Assembly: GCA_036374175.1 (NCBI GenBank)
Contig: DASUUH010000072.1
Location: forward strand, 7,709-71,708
Source: Jiangellaceae bacterium
Lineage (GTDB): Bacteria > Actinomycetota > Actinomycetes > Jiangellales > Jiangellaceae
Length of the DNA: 64,000 bases
Reading direction: 5' to 3'
Made by a program: the position numbers and the translations under genes. The notes under the pieces are model-generated. The model did no database searches and was not told the origin of the DNA. It saw only the letters and a list, made by a program, of their open reading frames with translations. Positions 10,819 through 23,889 of the stretch are shown piece by piece. Every line of letters begins with the position of its first letter. Position 1 is the stretch's first letter.

Positions 10819-10930
10819 CACCAAGCTTCCATAATGCTGCTGATCGCCTGCACCGAGCTTCCATGATGTCGTCCTGGCGACACCGAGCTTCCGTGGTGCG
10901 GGTCGAAGGCGACACTGAGCTTCCACGGTG
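10819..10930. repeat. four direct copies of an 18-nt motif CACYRAGCTTCCRYRRTG at a 30-32 bp period
   Basis: Copies are at 10819-10836 (CACCAAGCTTCCATAATG), 10851-10868 (CACCGAGCTTCCATGATG), 10881-10898 (CACCGAGCTTCCGTGGTG) and 10913-10930 (CACTGAGCTTCCACGGTG). They lie in the intergenic gap upstream of rarA. Confidence 0.85.
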
Positions 10931-10966
10931 CAAATCACGGCTCTGCGGTCGGCTAGCCTCGTACAA

Positions 10967-12361
10967 ATGAACGACGACGGCGCGCTCTTCGAGGTCAGAA
11001 GTCCAGGATCAGCCCCGCCGCCGGGCTCCCTGGCCGGCGCCGAAGCGGACTACGTGGGCGCGCCACTGGCGGTCCGCATGCGACCGCAGTCACTGGACGA
11101 GATCATCGGCCAGGACCACCTGCTTCGCGAGGGCTCGCCGCTGCGCCAGCTCGTGGAGCACGATCAGTCGATGGCTCTGGTGCTCTGGGGACCGCCTGGC
11201 ACGGGCAAAACCACCCTGGCGTACGTCGTCAGCCGAGCTACCAAGCGCCGCTTCGTCGAGTTGTCGGCGGTCACCGCGGGAGTGAAGGACGTCCGGACGG
11301 TGATGGACCAGGCGCGCAAAGAGCTGGTCCGCACCGGAACCGGGACGGTGCTGTTCGTTGACGAGGTGCACCGGTTCTCCAAGACCCAGCAGGACGCATT
11401 GTTGCCCGGCGTGGAGAACCGCTGGGTTTCTCTCGTGGCCGCGACCACTGAGAACCCGTTCTTCGCCCTCATCAGCCCCCTGCTGTCACGATCGCTGCTG
11501 CTGACCTTGGAGCCACTGTCCGATGACGACATCGATCAGGTGGTCACCAGGGCCCTCGAGGACGAGCGCGGCCTGAACGGATCGGTGACGCTGGCCGACG
11601 ATGCGCGCGAGCACCTCGTCCGCCTAGCCGGCGGCGACGCACGGCGGGTGCTCACCTACCTGGAGGCGGCGTCGAACGCCGCCGAGCAGCGCGACGACCA
11701 CACCATCGACCTGCCCACGGCCGAGCGCGCCGTCGACCGGGCCGCTGTTCGTTATGACCGGGCCGGCGACCAGCACTACGACGTCACCAGCGCACTGATC
11801 AAATCGATCCGGGGCAGCGATGCCGACGCGGCCCTGCATTACCTGGCCCGGATGGTCGAAGCGGGAGAGGACCCACGGTTCCTGGCCCGCCGCCTGGTGA
11901 TCCTGGCCAGTGAGGACATCGGACTGGCCGATCCCAACGCTTTGCAGACAGCCGTCGCCGCCGTGCAGGCGGTCCAACTCATCGGCTGGCCGGAGGCGCA
12001 GATCACCCTTGCCCACGCGGTCATCGCGCTCGCTCTTGCGCCCAAGTCGAACAGTGTCGTCAAGGCCATCGCGGCGGCAGCGAGCGACGTCCGAGCCGGG
12101 TTGATCGGCCCGGTGCCGCCGCAGCTGCGCGACGCTCACTACGCCGGTGCAAAGCGCCTGGGCCACGGCACGTCCTATGCGTACGCGCACGACGATCCGC
12201 GGGGAGTCGTCGAGCAGCAGTATGCACCGGACGTCGTCGCGGACAAACAGTATTACCAGCCGGGCACGAGGGGTGCCGAACGCGATTACGCTGAGCGGTA
12301 CGCCCGGCTCCGCAAGATCGTCCGCGGAGAACAGGGCGGCACTGCTAGCAGTACCGGCTAG
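10967..12361 (+). CDS. rarA: replication-associated recombination protein A (AAA+ ATPase)
   Basis: Motifs include Walker [10 protein letters not shown], Walker [11 protein letters not shown] and the MgsA C-terminal domain ([27 protein letters not shown]). ATG 10967 ([10 protein letters not shown]) is preferred over track GTG 10928. The start is uncertain. Confidence 0.9.
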   Translation: MNDDGALFEVRSPGSAPPPGSLAGAEADYVGAPLAVRMRPQSLDEIIGQDHLLREGSPLRQLVEHDQSMALVLWGPPGTGKTTLAYVVSRATKRRFVELSAVTAGVKDVRTVMDQARKELVRTGTGTVLFVDEVHRFSKTQQDALLPGVENRWVSLVAATTENPFFALISPLLSRSLLLTLEPLSDDDIDQVVTRALEDERGLNGSVTLADDAREHLVRLAGGDARRVLTYLEAASNAAEQRDDHTIDLPTAERAVDRAAVRYDRAGDQHYDVTSALIKSIRGSDADAALHYLARMVEAGEDPRFLARRLVILASEDIGLADPNALQTAVAAVQAVQLIGWPEAQITLAHAVIALALAPKSNSVVKAIAAAASDVRAGLIGPVPPQLRDAHYAGAKRLGHGTSYAYAHDDPRGVVEQQYAPDVVADKQYYQPGTRGAERDYAERYARLRKIVRGEQGGTASSTG

Positions 12362-12444
12362 CACCTCGGTGAGTGCCCGGGGCAGGACCGAGGCGCGGTA
12401 GGGTCGGACGCTGGTAATCATCCAGGCGAGGAGGCAGGCAAGAC

Positions 12445-12834
12445 ATGTCCGTCGGCGAGATCGCAGCGCTGCTGGCCGCAGCCGCCTTCATCGCGCTCGT
12501 GGCGCTGCTGGCCGTCCCCATCCTCAAGCTCGGCAAGACCGTCGACGAACTGACCGAGACGGTTCGCGACCTGCGCCGCGAGCACGTCAGCAAAACCGCC
12601 CTCACGGTCGACGAGACCAACGAGCTGCTCGCGTCGGCCAACGTTCAGCTGCACCGCGTGGACGCGATCACATCCAACGCGCAGACGGTCACCGGAAACG
12701 TCGCGGCCATGTCGTCATTGTTCGCCGCCACGCTCGGCGGTCCGATGGTGCGAACCGCCGCCTTCACGTACGGCGTCCGGCGAGCGCTTTCGGACCGGCG
12801 TGCCCGCCGCGAGGGCCGGCGGAGGCGGCGATGA
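12445..12834 (+). CDS. DUF948 domain-containing membrane protein
   Basis: 129 aa with an N-terminal TM helix. A coiled segment follows (LGKTVDELTETVRDLRREHVSKTALTVDETNELL...), typical of DUF948. Confidence 0.8.
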   Translation: MSVGEIAALLAAAAFIALVALLAVPILKLGKTVDELTETVRDLRREHVSKTALTVDETNELLASANVQLHRVDAITSNAQTVTGNVAAMSSLFAATLGGPMVRTAAFTYGVRRALSDRRARREGRRRRR

Positions 12835-13127
12835 AGCGCATCTTCTGGATCGCGCTCGGCGCTACAGCGGGCATACTCGTCGCCCGGCAGATCACCAAGA
12901 CGGCGCGCAACTTCACACCGGACGGAGCGGCCGATCGGGTCGCCACGGCGCTGGGCGGACTGGGCCAGGCGTTCCGCGAGTTCGCCGACGACGTCAAAGC
13001 GGGTATGGCAGAGCGCGATATCGAGCTGCGTGAGGCCCTGGGCATTGCCGACAATGGCGGCGCGGCCGAGTTCGACCCCGAGCGGCTGCAGCGCACCTTC
13101 GACAACGACTACTCGAGAGGCACCTGA
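12831..13127 (+). CDS. small membrane-anchored hypothetical protein
   Basis: 98 aa. ATGA overlap with the DUF948 stop. It has an N-terminal TM helix ([15 protein letters not shown]) and good GC3 bias. No domain is recognised. Confidence 0.6.
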   Translation: MKRIFWIALGATAGILVARQITKTARNFTPDGAADRVATALGGLGQAFREFADDVKAGMAERDIELREALGIADNGGAAEFDPERLQRTFDNDYSRGT

Positions 13128-13131
13128 GACA

Positions 13132-15834
13132 ATGGAGACGGCCGAGATCCGGCGCCGCTTCCTGGACCATTTCGAGCGCGCCGGGCATACCGTGGTGCCC
13201 AGCGCCTCGCTGGTCTCACCCGATCCGACGCTGCTGTTCACCGTCGCCGGCATGGTGCCGTTCATTCCCTACCTGACCGGCCAGGAGACCCCGCCGTACA
13301 AGCGGGCGGCGAGCGTGCAGAAATGCGTGCGGACCCTCGACATCGAAGAGGTCGGCAAGACGACCCGGCACGGCACCTTCTTCCAGATGAACGGCAACTT
13401 CTCGTTCGGCGACTACTTCAAAGAAGGTGCCATCACCTACGCCTGGGATCTGATCACCAAGTCCCAGGCCGACGGCGGGTACGGGTTCGATCCCGACAAG
13501 ATCTGGGTGACGGTCTACTACGACGACGACGAAGCCGCCGGGCTGTGGAAGCGCATCGCCCACCTGCCGGACGAACGGATCCAGCGGCGCGGCAAGAAGG
13601 ACAACTACTGGCACACCGGCCAGCCCGGCCCGGGTGGCCCGTGCTCGGAGATCTACGTCGACCGCGGACGGGAATACGGCCCGGACGGCGGGCCGATCGT
13701 CGACGAAGACCGGTTCCTGGAGATCTGGAACCTCGTCTTCATGCAGGAGGCGATCACCGACGTCAAGGCCAAGGACGAGTTCCGCATCCTCGGGGATCTG
13801 CCCAACAAGAACATCGACACCGGCATGGGCCTCGAGCGCGTCGCGTACCTGCTCCAGGGGGTCGACAACCTCTACGAGATCGATCAGGTGATGCCGGTCA
13901 TCGACCGCGCGGCCGAACTCGCCAACAAGAAGTACGGCCGGCACGCCAAGGATGATCCGGGTTTCGACGACGACGTCCGCCTTCGGGTCATCGCCGACCA
14001 CGTCCGCAGCGCCCTGATGCTCATCGGCGACGGCGTGCGGCCGTCGAACGAGGCGCGCGGCTACGTCGTGCGGCGCCTGCTGCGGCGCAGCGTGCGAGCC
14101 ATGCGCCTGCTCGGGGTGGACGAGCCGACCCTGCCTGAGTTGCTGCCGGTCAGCAAGGACGCGATGAAGGCTGCGTATCCGGAACTGGAGCGCGAGTTCG
14201 ATCGGATCTCTCAGACCGCATACGCCGAGGAGGATGCGTTCCGGCAGACGCTGCGCACCGGCACGCAGATCTTCGACACGGCCGTAGCCCAGACCAAGGG
14301 TGCGGGCAGTCCCGCGCTGGCCGGAGATACGGCGTTCAAGCTGCACGACACTTACGGCTTCCCGATCGACCTGACCCTCGAGATGGCGGCCGAACAGGGG
14401 CTGTCCGTCGACGAGGGCGAGTTCCGCCGGCTGATGGCCGAGCAGCGCCAGCGGGCCAAGGAGGACGCGCGGCGCAAGAAGACCGGTGCGGTCGACCTGT
14501 CGGTGTACCGCGGGCTTGCGGACGAACTCGGCCGACCCGTCGAGTTCACCGGGTACAACGAGGTGACGACGTCCGGGACGGTCCGTGGCCTGCTCGTCAG
14601 TGGCTCGGAGAGCGTAGAGGCCGAGGAGGGCGACGAGATCGAACTCGTCCTCGACCGCACTCCCTTCTACGCCGAAGGCGGCGGGCAACTCGCCGACCAG
14701 GGCGTGATCGAGGTTCCGAGCGGACGGATCGAGGTGCTGGACGTCCAGTCACCGATCACCGGGCTTATCGTGCACCGGGCCCGCGTCCTTTCCGGATCGG
14801 TCGCAGTCGGTGCCGAGGCGCATGGACTCGTAGACATCGACCGGCGCCGCTCTATCTCCCGGTCGCACACGGCGACGCACATGGTGCACAAGGCGTTCCG
14901 CGAGGCGCTCGGCGAGACGGCAACGCAGGCTGGTTCGGAGAACTCTCCCGGGCGGTTCCGGTTCGACTTCGCAGCGACCGGTGCGGTCCCGGCCAGCGTC
15001 CTGGCCGATGTCGAGGCGCGCGTCAACGAACTGCTCTCGGCGGACCTGCCCGTCCACGCGGAGATCATGAGCCAGCGCGAAGCGATCGCCGCGGGTGCGC
15101 TCGCGCTATTCGGCGAGAAGTACGGCGACCAGGTGCGGGTGGTGTCGGTCGGCGAGTGGGCGCGCGAGCTGTGCGGTGGCACGCATGCGCGCCGGTCCGG
15201 TCAACTCGGCCTGGTCAAGCTGCTGAGCGAATCATCGATCGGCCAGGGCGTACGCCGGGTCGAGGCCCTTGTCGGAGTCGATGCGTACAAGTTCCTCGCC
15301 CGTGAGCACATCCTGGTCAACCAGCTCACCGAGGCGCTGAAAGTCCGGCCGGACGAGCTGCCGGACCGGGTCAACTCGATCGTGACCCAGCTGCGGGACG
15401 CGCAGCGCGAGATCGACCGGATCCGACGGTCCCAACTGCTTGCCGGCGCGGGTGCCCTGGCCGATGGCGCTCACGATGTAGGCGGCACGCTCGTGGTAAC
15501 CCACCAGGTGCCGGACGGCTCGGCGAACGGCGACGACATGCGCACCCTCGCACTCGACGTGCGGGGCCGGCTGCCCGCGGACCGGCCCGGAGTGGTCGCG
15601 GTCGCAGGCGTGGCCGGCGAGCGTCCACTCGTCGTCGTTGCGGTCAACGACGCTGGCCGCAGCGCCGGTCTCAAAGCCGGTCAGCTGGTGCGGATCGCGG
15701 CGCAGGCGCTCGGTGGTGGTGGCGGCGGCAAGGACGACGTCGCACAGGGCGGCGGCGCGGACCCCAGCAAGGTAGGTGCCGCGCTCGGCCAGATCGAGCA
15801 GGCGATCAGCGCCGCCGCAGCAGGGGAACGTTGA
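13132..15834 (+). CDS. alaS: alanine--tRNA ligase
   Basis: ATG 13132 gives [27 protein letters not shown], the canonical AlaRS N-terminus. The editing-domain HxxxH motif (SHTATHMVH) and CGGTH are present. The track start 13030 is an upstream extension overlapping the previous gene. Confidence 0.97.
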   Translation: METAEIRRRFLDHFERAGHTVVPSASLVSPDPTLLFTVAGMVPFIPYLTGQETPPYKRAASVQKCVRTLDIEEVGKTTRHGTFFQMNGNFSFGDYFKEGAITYAWDLITKSQADGGYGFDPDKIWVTVYYDDDEAAGLWKRIAHLPDERIQRRGKKDNYWHTGQPGPGGPCSEIYVDRGREYGPDGGPIVDEDRFLEIWNLVFMQEAITDVKAKDEFRILGDLPNKNIDTGMGLERVAYLLQGVDNLYEIDQVMPVIDRAAELANKKYGRHAKDDPGFDDDVRLRVIADHVRSALMLIGDGVRPSNEARGYVVRRLLRRSVRAMRLLGVDEPTLPELLPVSKDAMKAAYPELEREFDRISQTAYAEEDAFRQTLRTGTQIFDTAVAQTKGAGSPALAGDTAFKLHDTYGFPIDLTLEMAAEQGLSVDEGEFRRLMAEQRQRAKEDARRKKTGAVDLSVYRGLADELGRPVEFTGYNEVTTSGTVRGLLVSGSESVEAEEGDEIELVLDRTPFYAEGGGQLADQGVIEVPSGRIEVLDVQSPITGLIVHRARVLSGSVAVGAEAHGLVDIDRRRSISRSHTATHMVHKAFREALGETATQAGSENSPGRFRFDFAATGAVPASVLADVEARVNELLSADLPVHAEIMSQREAIAAGALALFGEKYGDQVRVVSVGEWARELCGGTHARRSGQLGLVKLLSESSIGQGVRRVEALVGVDAYKFLAREHILVNQLTEALKVRPDELPDRVNSIVTQLRDAQREIDRIRRSQLLAGAGALADGAHDVGGTLVVTHQVPDGSANGDDMRTLALDVRGRLPADRPGVVAVAGVAGERPLVVVAVNDAGRSAGLKAGQLVRIAAQALGGGGGGKDDVAQGGGADPSKVGAALGQIEQAISAAAAGER

Positions 15835-16295
15835 GCCTGCGACCGGGGGTCCGGCTCGGGGTGGACGTGGGGACCGTCCGCATCGGAGTGGCGGTATCCG
15901 ATCCTGGCGGCGTGCTGGCCACGCCGGTCGAGACGGTCGCCCGCGGGCGCGGTGATGTGCGCCGAATCGCGGAGTTGGCCACCGAACACGACGCGATCGA
16001 GGTGGTCGTCGGATTGCCCCGGTCGTTGTCCGGCGGCGAAGGGCCGGCGGCGGAGGCAGCACGGGGGTTCGCTCAGCGCCTGGCCCGCCATGTGGCACCA
16101 TGCCCAGTACGGCTAGTCGATGAGCGGTTGAGCACGGTGAGCGCAGGTCGAGCGATGCGCGCCAGCGGGGTTTCAAGCCGCGAAGCCCGGGGGACGATCG
16201 ACCAGGCGGCGGCGGTAGTGATCCTGCAAGATGCGTTGGATTTCGAGCGAACCTCGGGACGCGCACCCGGCGAGACGGTGCAACTGGAGCGATGA
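15831..16295 (+). CDS. ruvX: Holliday junction resolvase-like protein RuvX (YqgF)
   Basis: 154 aa beginning [23 protein letters not shown] overlap with the alaS stop. Confidence 0.9.
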   Translation: MSLRPGVRLGVDVGTVRIGVAVSDPGGVLATPVETVARGRGDVRRIAELATEHDAIEVVVGLPRSLSGGEGPAAEAARGFAQRLARHVAPCPVRLVDERLSTVSAGRAMRASGVSSREARGTIDQAAAVVILQDALDFERTSGRAPGETVQLER

Positions 16296-17428
16296 GCTAC
16301 TTCGACGAGCTGACCGACCACGAGACTTATACGCCCCGTCGTGAGCGCCGGCGCAGGCGACGCAAGCGCCGCGGATTCGGATCGTTCCTCGCCGTCGTGC
16401 TCTCGGTCGCGGTGGTCGGCGGCATCGCCTACGGCGCGGTGACGGTCGGCCGTGAGTGGCTGGGTGATCTGTTCGCCGGGCCGGCCGACTACGAGGGACC
16501 CGGCCAGGGGTCGGTCGACGTGACAATCCCGTCGGGCGCCACGATCCGCCAGATCGGCAACATCCTGGTGGACGTCGACGTCGTCGCGAGCGCCGACGCG
16601 TTCGTCAACGCGGCCCAGGAGCACCCCGAGGGGCTCAACATCCAGGCCGGCGACTACACGTTGCAGCAGCATATGAAGGCCTCTGACGCGGTGGAGGCGT
16701 TGCTGACGGCGACGATGATCGTTGACCGGGTGACGATCCCGGAGGGATTCCGTACCGAGCAGGTGGTGGCGCGGATCGCGGAAGAGACCGAGTTCACCGA
16801 GGAAGAACTCACCGCGGCCATCGAACGCGCACCCGAGCTCGGCCTGCCGGAGTACGCGGAGGAGCAGACCGAAGGTTTCCTCTTCCCGGCCACGTACGAC
16901 ATCCGTCCGGACACCACCGCGGAATCGCTGATCCAGTCGATGATCTCCCGGTTCAACCGGGCGGCCGAGGAGGTGGATCTCGCCGCGCGTGCCGACGCCG
17001 CCGGGTACACCCCGCTCGAAGCGGTCACCATCGCCAGCATCATCCAGCGCGAGGTCCGCCACAACGAGGACATGGCACACGTCGCAGAGGTCATCTACAA
17101 CCGGCTGTCCGGGGAGTGCGCGGCCAACGGTGTACCGGAAGCCCGGCTGCAGATGGACTCCACCGTGCACTACGCGCTGAACTCCTACGAGTCGGTGTTC
17201 ACCACCGAGGAGCAGCGGAAGACCGACTCGCCGTACAACACGTACCGCCACGGCGGCCTGCCGCCAGGCCCGATTGCCATGCCGGGTGAGGAAGCGCTCA
17301 ACGCCGCGCTCGACCCGTCCGGTGCGGACTTCTGCTACTTCGTCACCGTCGATCTGGAGAGCGGAGAGACGAAGTTCGCGGTCACCGAGGCGGAGCACCA
17401 GGCCAACGTGGCCGAGTCACGGTCGTGA
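16292..17428 (+). CDS. mltG: endolytic murein transglycosylase MltG (YceG family)
   Basis: 378 aa with an N-terminal basic region, a TM helix and the YceG core (EGFLFPATY, YNTYRHGGLPPGPIAMPG). ATGA overlap with ruvX. Confidence 0.9.
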   Translation: MSYFDELTDHETYTPRRERRRRRRKRRGFGSFLAVVLSVAVVGGIAYGAVTVGREWLGDLFAGPADYEGPGQGSVDVTIPSGATIRQIGNILVDVDVVASADAFVNAAQEHPEGLNIQAGDYTLQQHMKASDAVEALLTATMIVDRVTIPEGFRTEQVVARIAEETEFTEEELTAAIERAPELGLPEYAEEQTEGFLFPATYDIRPDTTAESLIQSMISRFNRAAEEVDLAARADAAGYTPLEAVTIASIIQREVRHNEDMAHVAEVIYNRLSGECAANGVPEARLQMDSTVHYALNSYESVFTTEEQRKTDSPYNTYRHGGLPPGPIAMPGEEALNAALDPSGADFCYFVTVDLESGETKFAVTEAEHQANVAESRS

Positions 17429-18249
17429 CCACCTCCGATTCGGTGCGCCGGCGGTGCGGCGTGCTGGGCTCGCCGATATCGCACTCTCTCTCGCCGCTGC
17501 TGCACCGCGCCGCATACGAGCACCTGGGCCTGGACTGGTCGTATACGGCGCACGAGGTGCGTGAGGATGAACTCAGCGGATTCGTCGCCACCCTCGATCT
17601 GTCCTGGCGCGGCCTGTCGCTGACGATGCCGCTCAAACGAGTTGCCCTGGAGGTGGCGGCGCGGGCCAGCGACCTCGCCGTTCAGGTCGGTGCGGCCAAC
17701 ACACTGGTGCACGAGGAGGACGGGTCGTGGTCGGCGCACAATACCGATGTTCCGGGGTTGACCGCCGCGATCCAACGCCGCCGGCCGGGCGTGACCGAGG
17801 CCGCCTGCATCTGGGGTGGTGGCGCGACGGCGGCCAGTGCAGTGGCCGCCATCGCCCAACTGGGCGCCGCAGAGATCCACCTGCATGTCCGCGAGACCCG
17901 GCGGGCCGAGGCACCGCTCGCGGTTGCCCGGCGGCTGGGGATGCCTGTCGTGATCCTCGGGTGGCAGGTCGCCGAGCAATGCGCGGCCGCGGACGTCGTC
18001 GTGTCCGCCGTCCCGGCAGGAGTCGCGGACCCGCTCGCCGAGCCGCTGGCCGATACCGCCGCACCGCACCGGTTGCTGTTCGACGTGGTCTACGACCCGT
18101 GGCCGACACCGATCGCTGCCGCATGGGAGAAGCAGGGCGGCGCGGTGGCCAGTGGCTTGGACCTGCTCGTGCACCAGGCGGTCGGCCAACTCGCCTTAAT
18201 GACCGGGCATGACGTGCCCCCGAGCCTGTTGCACGCGGCGATCCGGTGA
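17425..18249 (+). CDS. aroE: shikimate dehydrogenase
   Basis: 274 aa with motifs GSPISHSLSPLLH, SLTMPLK and NTD. GTGA overlap with mltG. Confidence 0.9.
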   Translation: MTTSDSVRRRCGVLGSPISHSLSPLLHRAAYEHLGLDWSYTAHEVREDELSGFVATLDLSWRGLSLTMPLKRVALEVAARASDLAVQVGAANTLVHEEDGSWSAHNTDVPGLTAAIQRRRPGVTEAACIWGGGATAASAVAAIAQLGAAEIHLHVRETRRAEAPLAVARRLGMPVVILGWQVAEQCAAADVVVSAVPAGVADPLAEPLADTAAPHRLLFDVVYDPWPTPIAAAWEKQGGAVASGLDLLVHQAVGQLALMTGHDVPPSLLHAAIR

Positions 18250-18935
18250 CCGTCGTCATAGTGGCTGCTGTCGGGATCGCCGCCGGGGCCGTGCTTCCGT
18301 GGGTCATCGCCCGCCTGCCAGATCGTCCGGCCGAAGCGGGGGAGTCTGCCCGGACTCCTTACCGGATCCTTGCCGAAGTGCCCAAGCTGGGCTGGTTCCT
18401 TAGCGCAGCGACGGCCCTCACGTGGGCGGCGGTGGCCGGCGGCGGGGTAGCACCGATGGCGGCCCTGCCGGCGTACTTGTACGTAATGTGGCTGGGCGTC
18501 GCCATGTCGTACGTCGACATTCGGGAGCACCGCCTGCCGGACTGGTTGACGTACTCGGCGTTTGCCGGCGCGGCACTCTTGCTCGCCGTGGCGGCCGGGG
18601 TAAACGGTGAATGGGAGGCCTACGGGCGCGCGTGGCTCAGTGCCGCCGTCATGACCGCCGGCTACTTCGTCCTGGCCATGCTGCGCCCCGGAGAGCTGGG
18701 TCTCGGTGACGTCAAACTGGCCGCGTCGCTCGGGCTGCTGGTCGGGTGGATCGGTTGGGGACACGTCATGCTCGGTGCGTTCGCGGGTTTCCTGCTCGGC
18801 GGAGTGTTCTCGCTTGTGCTGCTGACGACCGGACGGGCCACCCGGCGCAGCCAAATTCCATTCGGGCCGTTCATGCTGGCCGGTGCCCTCGTGGCGGTGG
18901 CCTGGGGGAGCACCATCCTGGCTGCCTACGCCTGA
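18246..18935 (+). CDS. A24-family prepilin peptidase (peptidase domain only)
   Basis: 229 aa, polytopic. Two Asp motifs are present ([11 protein letters not shown] and [12 protein letters not shown]) and it ends [14 protein letters not shown] overlap with the aroE stop. Confidence 0.8.
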   Translation: MTVVIVAAVGIAAGAVLPWVIARLPDRPAEAGESARTPYRILAEVPKLGWFLSAATALTWAAVAGGGVAPMAALPAYLYVMWLGVAMSYVDIREHRLPDWLTYSAFAGAALLLAVAAGVNGEWEAYGRAWLSAAVMTAGYFVLAMLRPGELGLGDVKLAASLGLLVGWIGWGHVMLGAFAGFLLGGVFSLVLLTTGRATRRSQIPFGPFMLAGALVAVAWGSTILAAYA

Positions 18936-18978
18936 CCCCGACGCGGCTGATCAACACGACTGGGTGAAAGGATTGGGC

Positions 18979-20168
18979 ATGCTCCGATGGCTCACTGCGG
19001 GGGAGTCCCACGGTCCGGCCCTGATTGCGACGCTCGAAGGCCTGCCCGCTGGTGTCGAGATAACCACTCAAGCGGTGGCGGCCGCACTATCGCGCCGGCG
19101 GCTCGGTTACGGGCGGGGCGCCCGGATGACGTTCGAGCGGGACGAGGTCAGCTTCCTCGGCGGGGTGCGGCACGGGCGGACGCTCGGCGGACCGATCGCC
19201 GTCCACATCGCCAACACCGAGTGGCCGAAGTGGGAGCAGGTGATGAATCCGGACCCGGTCGATCCCGCCGAACTCGAGGGGCTGGCGCGTAACGCACCGC
19301 TCACCCGCCCGCGTCCCGGTCATGCTGATCTGGTGGGAATGCAGAAGTACGGGTTCGACGAGGCTCGCCCCGTACTCGAGCGGGCCAGCGCTCGCGAGAC
19401 GGCCGCGCGAGTTGCGCTCGGTACCGTGGCGGCCGCATTTCTTGATCAGGCGGCGGGCATCCGGCTGGTCGCCCACACGGTGGCCGTGGGGACGGTCTCT
19501 GCGCCGGCGGACGCCGTCCCAGTGCCGGAGGACGTCAACCGGCTCGACGACGATCCGCTGCGCTGTCTCGACCCTCAAGCAAGCGCCGCGATGGTGGCCG
19601 AGGTCGACAAAGCACACGCCGAGGGCGACACGCTCGGCGGCATCGTCGAGGTCGTCGGCTACGGACTGCCGCCGGGGCTCGGCAGTCACGTGCACTGGGA
19701 CCGCCGTCTGGATTCCCGGCTGGCAGGGGCGCTGATGGGCATCCAGGCCATCAAAGGTGTCGAAGTCGGCGACGGATTCGAGCTGGCCCGCACGCGCGGA
19801 TCGGCGGCTCACGACGAGATCGTCCCGTCGGAAGACGGGCCGCGGCGGGCGTCCGGCCGCTCCGGCGGCACGGAGGGCGGCATGTCCACCGGCGAGCTGC
19901 TGCGGGTGCGCGCGGCGATGAAACCGATCTCGACCGTTCCGCGTGCCCTGCGCACCATCGACACGGCGACGGGCGAGCCCGCCACTGCACATCACCAGCG
20001 GTCCGACGTCTGCGCCGTGCCGGCTGCCGGCGTGGTCGCCGAGGCGGTGGTCGCGCTCGTGCTGGCCGACGCGGTGCTGGAGAAGTTCGGCGGCGACTCT
20101 GTGGCCGAGACCTCCCGAAACCGTCGCGCTTACCTCGATGCCCTGCCCGAGCCGCTGGCGGTGCGGAC

Positions 20169-20172
<4 letters not shown>
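18979..20172 (+). CDS. aroC: chorismate synthase
   Basis: ATG 18979 gives [15 protein letters not shown], the canonical N-terminus. The track start 18883 is an upstream extension. Confidence 0.97.
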
Positions 20173-21741
<1,569 letters not shown>

Positions 21742-21750
21742 GAGCTGCAC

Positions 21751-22191
21751 ATGACCCGCGTGTTGGTGCTCAATGGGCCGAACCTGGCGCGCCTTGGCAT
21801 CCGTGAACCAGATGTGTACGGATCTACGAACTTCAACGATCTGGTCAAGCAATGCCAGGAGACCGGGCGCGAGCTTGGGCTCGATGTCGATGTGCGGCAG
21901 ACCGACGACGAGGCGGAGTTGGTCCGGTGGCTCCACGAGGCCGCCGATGCGAGTGCTCCCGTTGTGCTGAACCCGGCCGCGTTCACCCATTACTCGTACT
22001 CCGTGCGCGACGCCTGCGCCCAACTGACCGCACCGCTCGTCGAGGTGCACCTCAGCAATCCGGCGGCCCGGGAGTCGTTCCGGCACACCAGCGTGATCGC
22101 CGGCGTCGCCACCGGCACGATCGCCGGGTTCGGCGCCGAGTCCTACCTGCTCGCCCTCCGCGCCGTCGCCAGGCTGGTGGCCGACCGATGA
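21751..22191 (+). CDS. aroQ: type II 3-dehydroquinate dehydratase
   Basis: 146 aa with motifs [24 protein letters not shown] and EVHLSNP. Confidence 0.95.
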   Translation: MTRVLVLNGPNLARLGIREPDVYGSTNFNDLVKQCQETGRELGLDVDVRQTDDEAELVRWLHEAADASAPVVLNPAAFTHYSYSVRDACAQLTAPLVEVHLSNPAARESFRHTSVIAGVATGTIAGFGAESYLLALRAVARLVADR

Positions 22192-22697
22192 GTCACGCCA
22201 TTCGCGCGGCGTCCGCAGCCGATGTCGATGCGATGGCCGAAGTGTGGGTGCTGGCCGACGGCAAGCGCCGGGCCGACATCGGACTGCCCGCCACGACCTC
22301 GATCGAGCAGGCCCGTCACCTCGTCGTCGACCGGCTCAGCCGCGCAGGGAGCTTTCCCGTCGTGGCCCGCGCCGGCGATCAGGTGATCGCCATGGCGATC
22401 GGTGTACCGGCGCGCGTCGACGACGGCGCGGGGTCCGAACCGATCCCGGAACTGCTGCACGTCTCGCTCGTCGCCGTCGTGCCGACCGCGTGGGGCCGCA
22501 GGCTGGCGTTGAAGGTGCTGATGACACTTCTGGATGACGCGCGGCTCGCGGGTTTCACCGCGGCGCAGGCGTGGACGCACGAGTCCAACGCCCGGGCTAT
22601 CGCGCTGTACGAGCGCCTCGGCTTCTCACGAACCGGCCGGATGAAGGTCGACATCCACGGCGAAGTGATCGCGCACTGGCACCGGACCCTGACCTGA
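22188..22697 (+). CDS. GNAT-family N-acetyltransferase
   Basis: ATG 22188 is in an ATGA overlap with the aroQ stop. The acetyl-CoA fold segment is [10 protein letters not shown]...[17 protein letters not shown]. The track ORF 21852.. is an out-of-frame upstream extension over aroQ. Confidence 0.8.
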   Translation: MSHAIRAASAADVDAMAEVWVLADGKRRADIGLPATTSIEQARHLVVDRLSRAGSFPVVARAGDQVIAMAIGVPARVDDGAGSEPIPELLHVSLVAVVPTAWGRRLALKVLMTLLDDARLAGFTAAQAWTHESNARAIALYERLGFSRTGRMKVDIHGEVIAHWHRTLT

Positions 22698-22761
22698 CGA
22701 GTGCGATGTACTTGCTGCACGCCTTTGGCGCGCGGCGCGCGCAACCGCCGGCCACGTACCC

Positions 22762-23865
22762 TTGTGTCTCGTGCCCGAAATCCACGCTCAGCGTCGTCGC
22801 CGCCTGGCTGCCGCCGTCCAGCAGACCGGTGTCGACGCCGCCCTGATCACCCGCCTGGTCAACGTCCGGTACTTGACCGGCCTGGCCAGCAGCAACGCCG
22901 CCGTCCTGATCCGGCCCGACGGCGGCGCAGTGCTGGCGACCGACAGCCGGTACGTGACCGCAGCCAGGCAGATCGCTCCCGACATCGAGATCGCGTTAGA
23001 GCGAACTGTCGCGACGTCGCTGGCCGCACGAGCGGCCGGCGGTGGGACGATCAGGCTGGGGATCGAGGAACACGACGTGACGCTCGCGCTGGCCGAGGCG
23101 ATCGGCAAAGCTGCGGACCAGGTCGAACTCGTCCACCTGGGCCGGCCGGTGGAGGATCTGCGCATCGCGAAGGACGACGACGAGCTGGCGATGATCCGTG
23201 AAGCGTGCGCGATCTCGTGCCGGGCGCTCGAGTACCTCTACGCTGCCGGTGGCTTCGCCGGGCGGACGGAGAAGGAGATCGCTCGTGATCTCGAGAACCG
23301 GATGTTCGGCCATGGAGCCGACGGGCCGGCCTTCGAGACCATCGTCGCGTCCGGGCCCAACAGCGCGATCCCGCACCACCGGCCCACCGATCGTGCCGTC
23401 GAGCGCGGCGACTTCCTGAAGATCGACTTCGGCGCCTTGTACCGCGGATACCACGCCGACTGCACCAGAACGTCGGTGGTGGGCGCGCAGCCGACGGAGT
23501 GGCAACGCGAGGTTTACGAGCTGGTCGCGACAGCTCAGCAGGCAGGCCGGGCGGCCCTGGCGCCAGGCGTGGAGTACGCGGCCGTCGATCGCGCGGCCCG
23601 CGAGCTGATCAAGGCGGCCGGCTACGGCGAACATTTCGGCCACGGGACCGGGCACGGCGTGGGGTTGGAGATCCACGAGGCCCCGACGATTGGCTACTCG
23701 GCAGAGGGTAAACTCGTCGATCGCACTTCCGTCACCGTCGAACCTGGCGTCTATGTACCCGGTCGAGGCGGTGTCCGCATCGAGGACACTCTCGTCGTCC
23801 GCGACGGTGCGGATCCGGAACTGCTCACCACGACGACCAAGGACCTGCTCGTTCTCGACGCATAG
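22762..23865 (+). CDS. pepQ: M24-family Xaa-Pro aminopeptidase
   Basis: 367 aa. Metal ligands are DFGALYRGYHAD, HGTGHGVGLEIHE and VEPG...RIED. It occupies the conserved position upstream of efp. Confidence 0.9.
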   Translation: MCLVPEIHAQRRRRLAAAVQQTGVDAALITRLVNVRYLTGLASSNAAVLIRPDGGAVLATDSRYVTAARQIAPDIEIALERTVATSLAARAAGGGTIRLGIEEHDVTLALAEAIGKAADQVELVHLGRPVEDLRIAKDDDELAMIREACAISCRALEYLYAAGGFAGRTEKEIARDLENRMFGHGADGPAFETIVASGPNSAIPHHRPTDRAVERGDFLKIDFGALYRGYHADCTRTSVVGAQPTEWQREVYELVATAQQAGRAALAPGVEYAAVDRAARELIKAAGYGEHFGHGTGHGVGLEIHEAPTIGYSAEGKLVDRTSVTVEPGVYVPGRGGVRIEDTLVVRDGADPELLTTTTKDLLVLDA

Positions 23866-23889
23866 GCGAGCCTAACCTTAAGAAAGCGC

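Noticed and set aside
10819-10930. CRISPR interpretation of the four direct repeats
   Set aside because: The repeats are only 18 nt with 12-14 nt spacers. There are only four degenerate copies and no cas genes. This is not a CRISPR array, so it is reported as a repeat or regulatory array instead.
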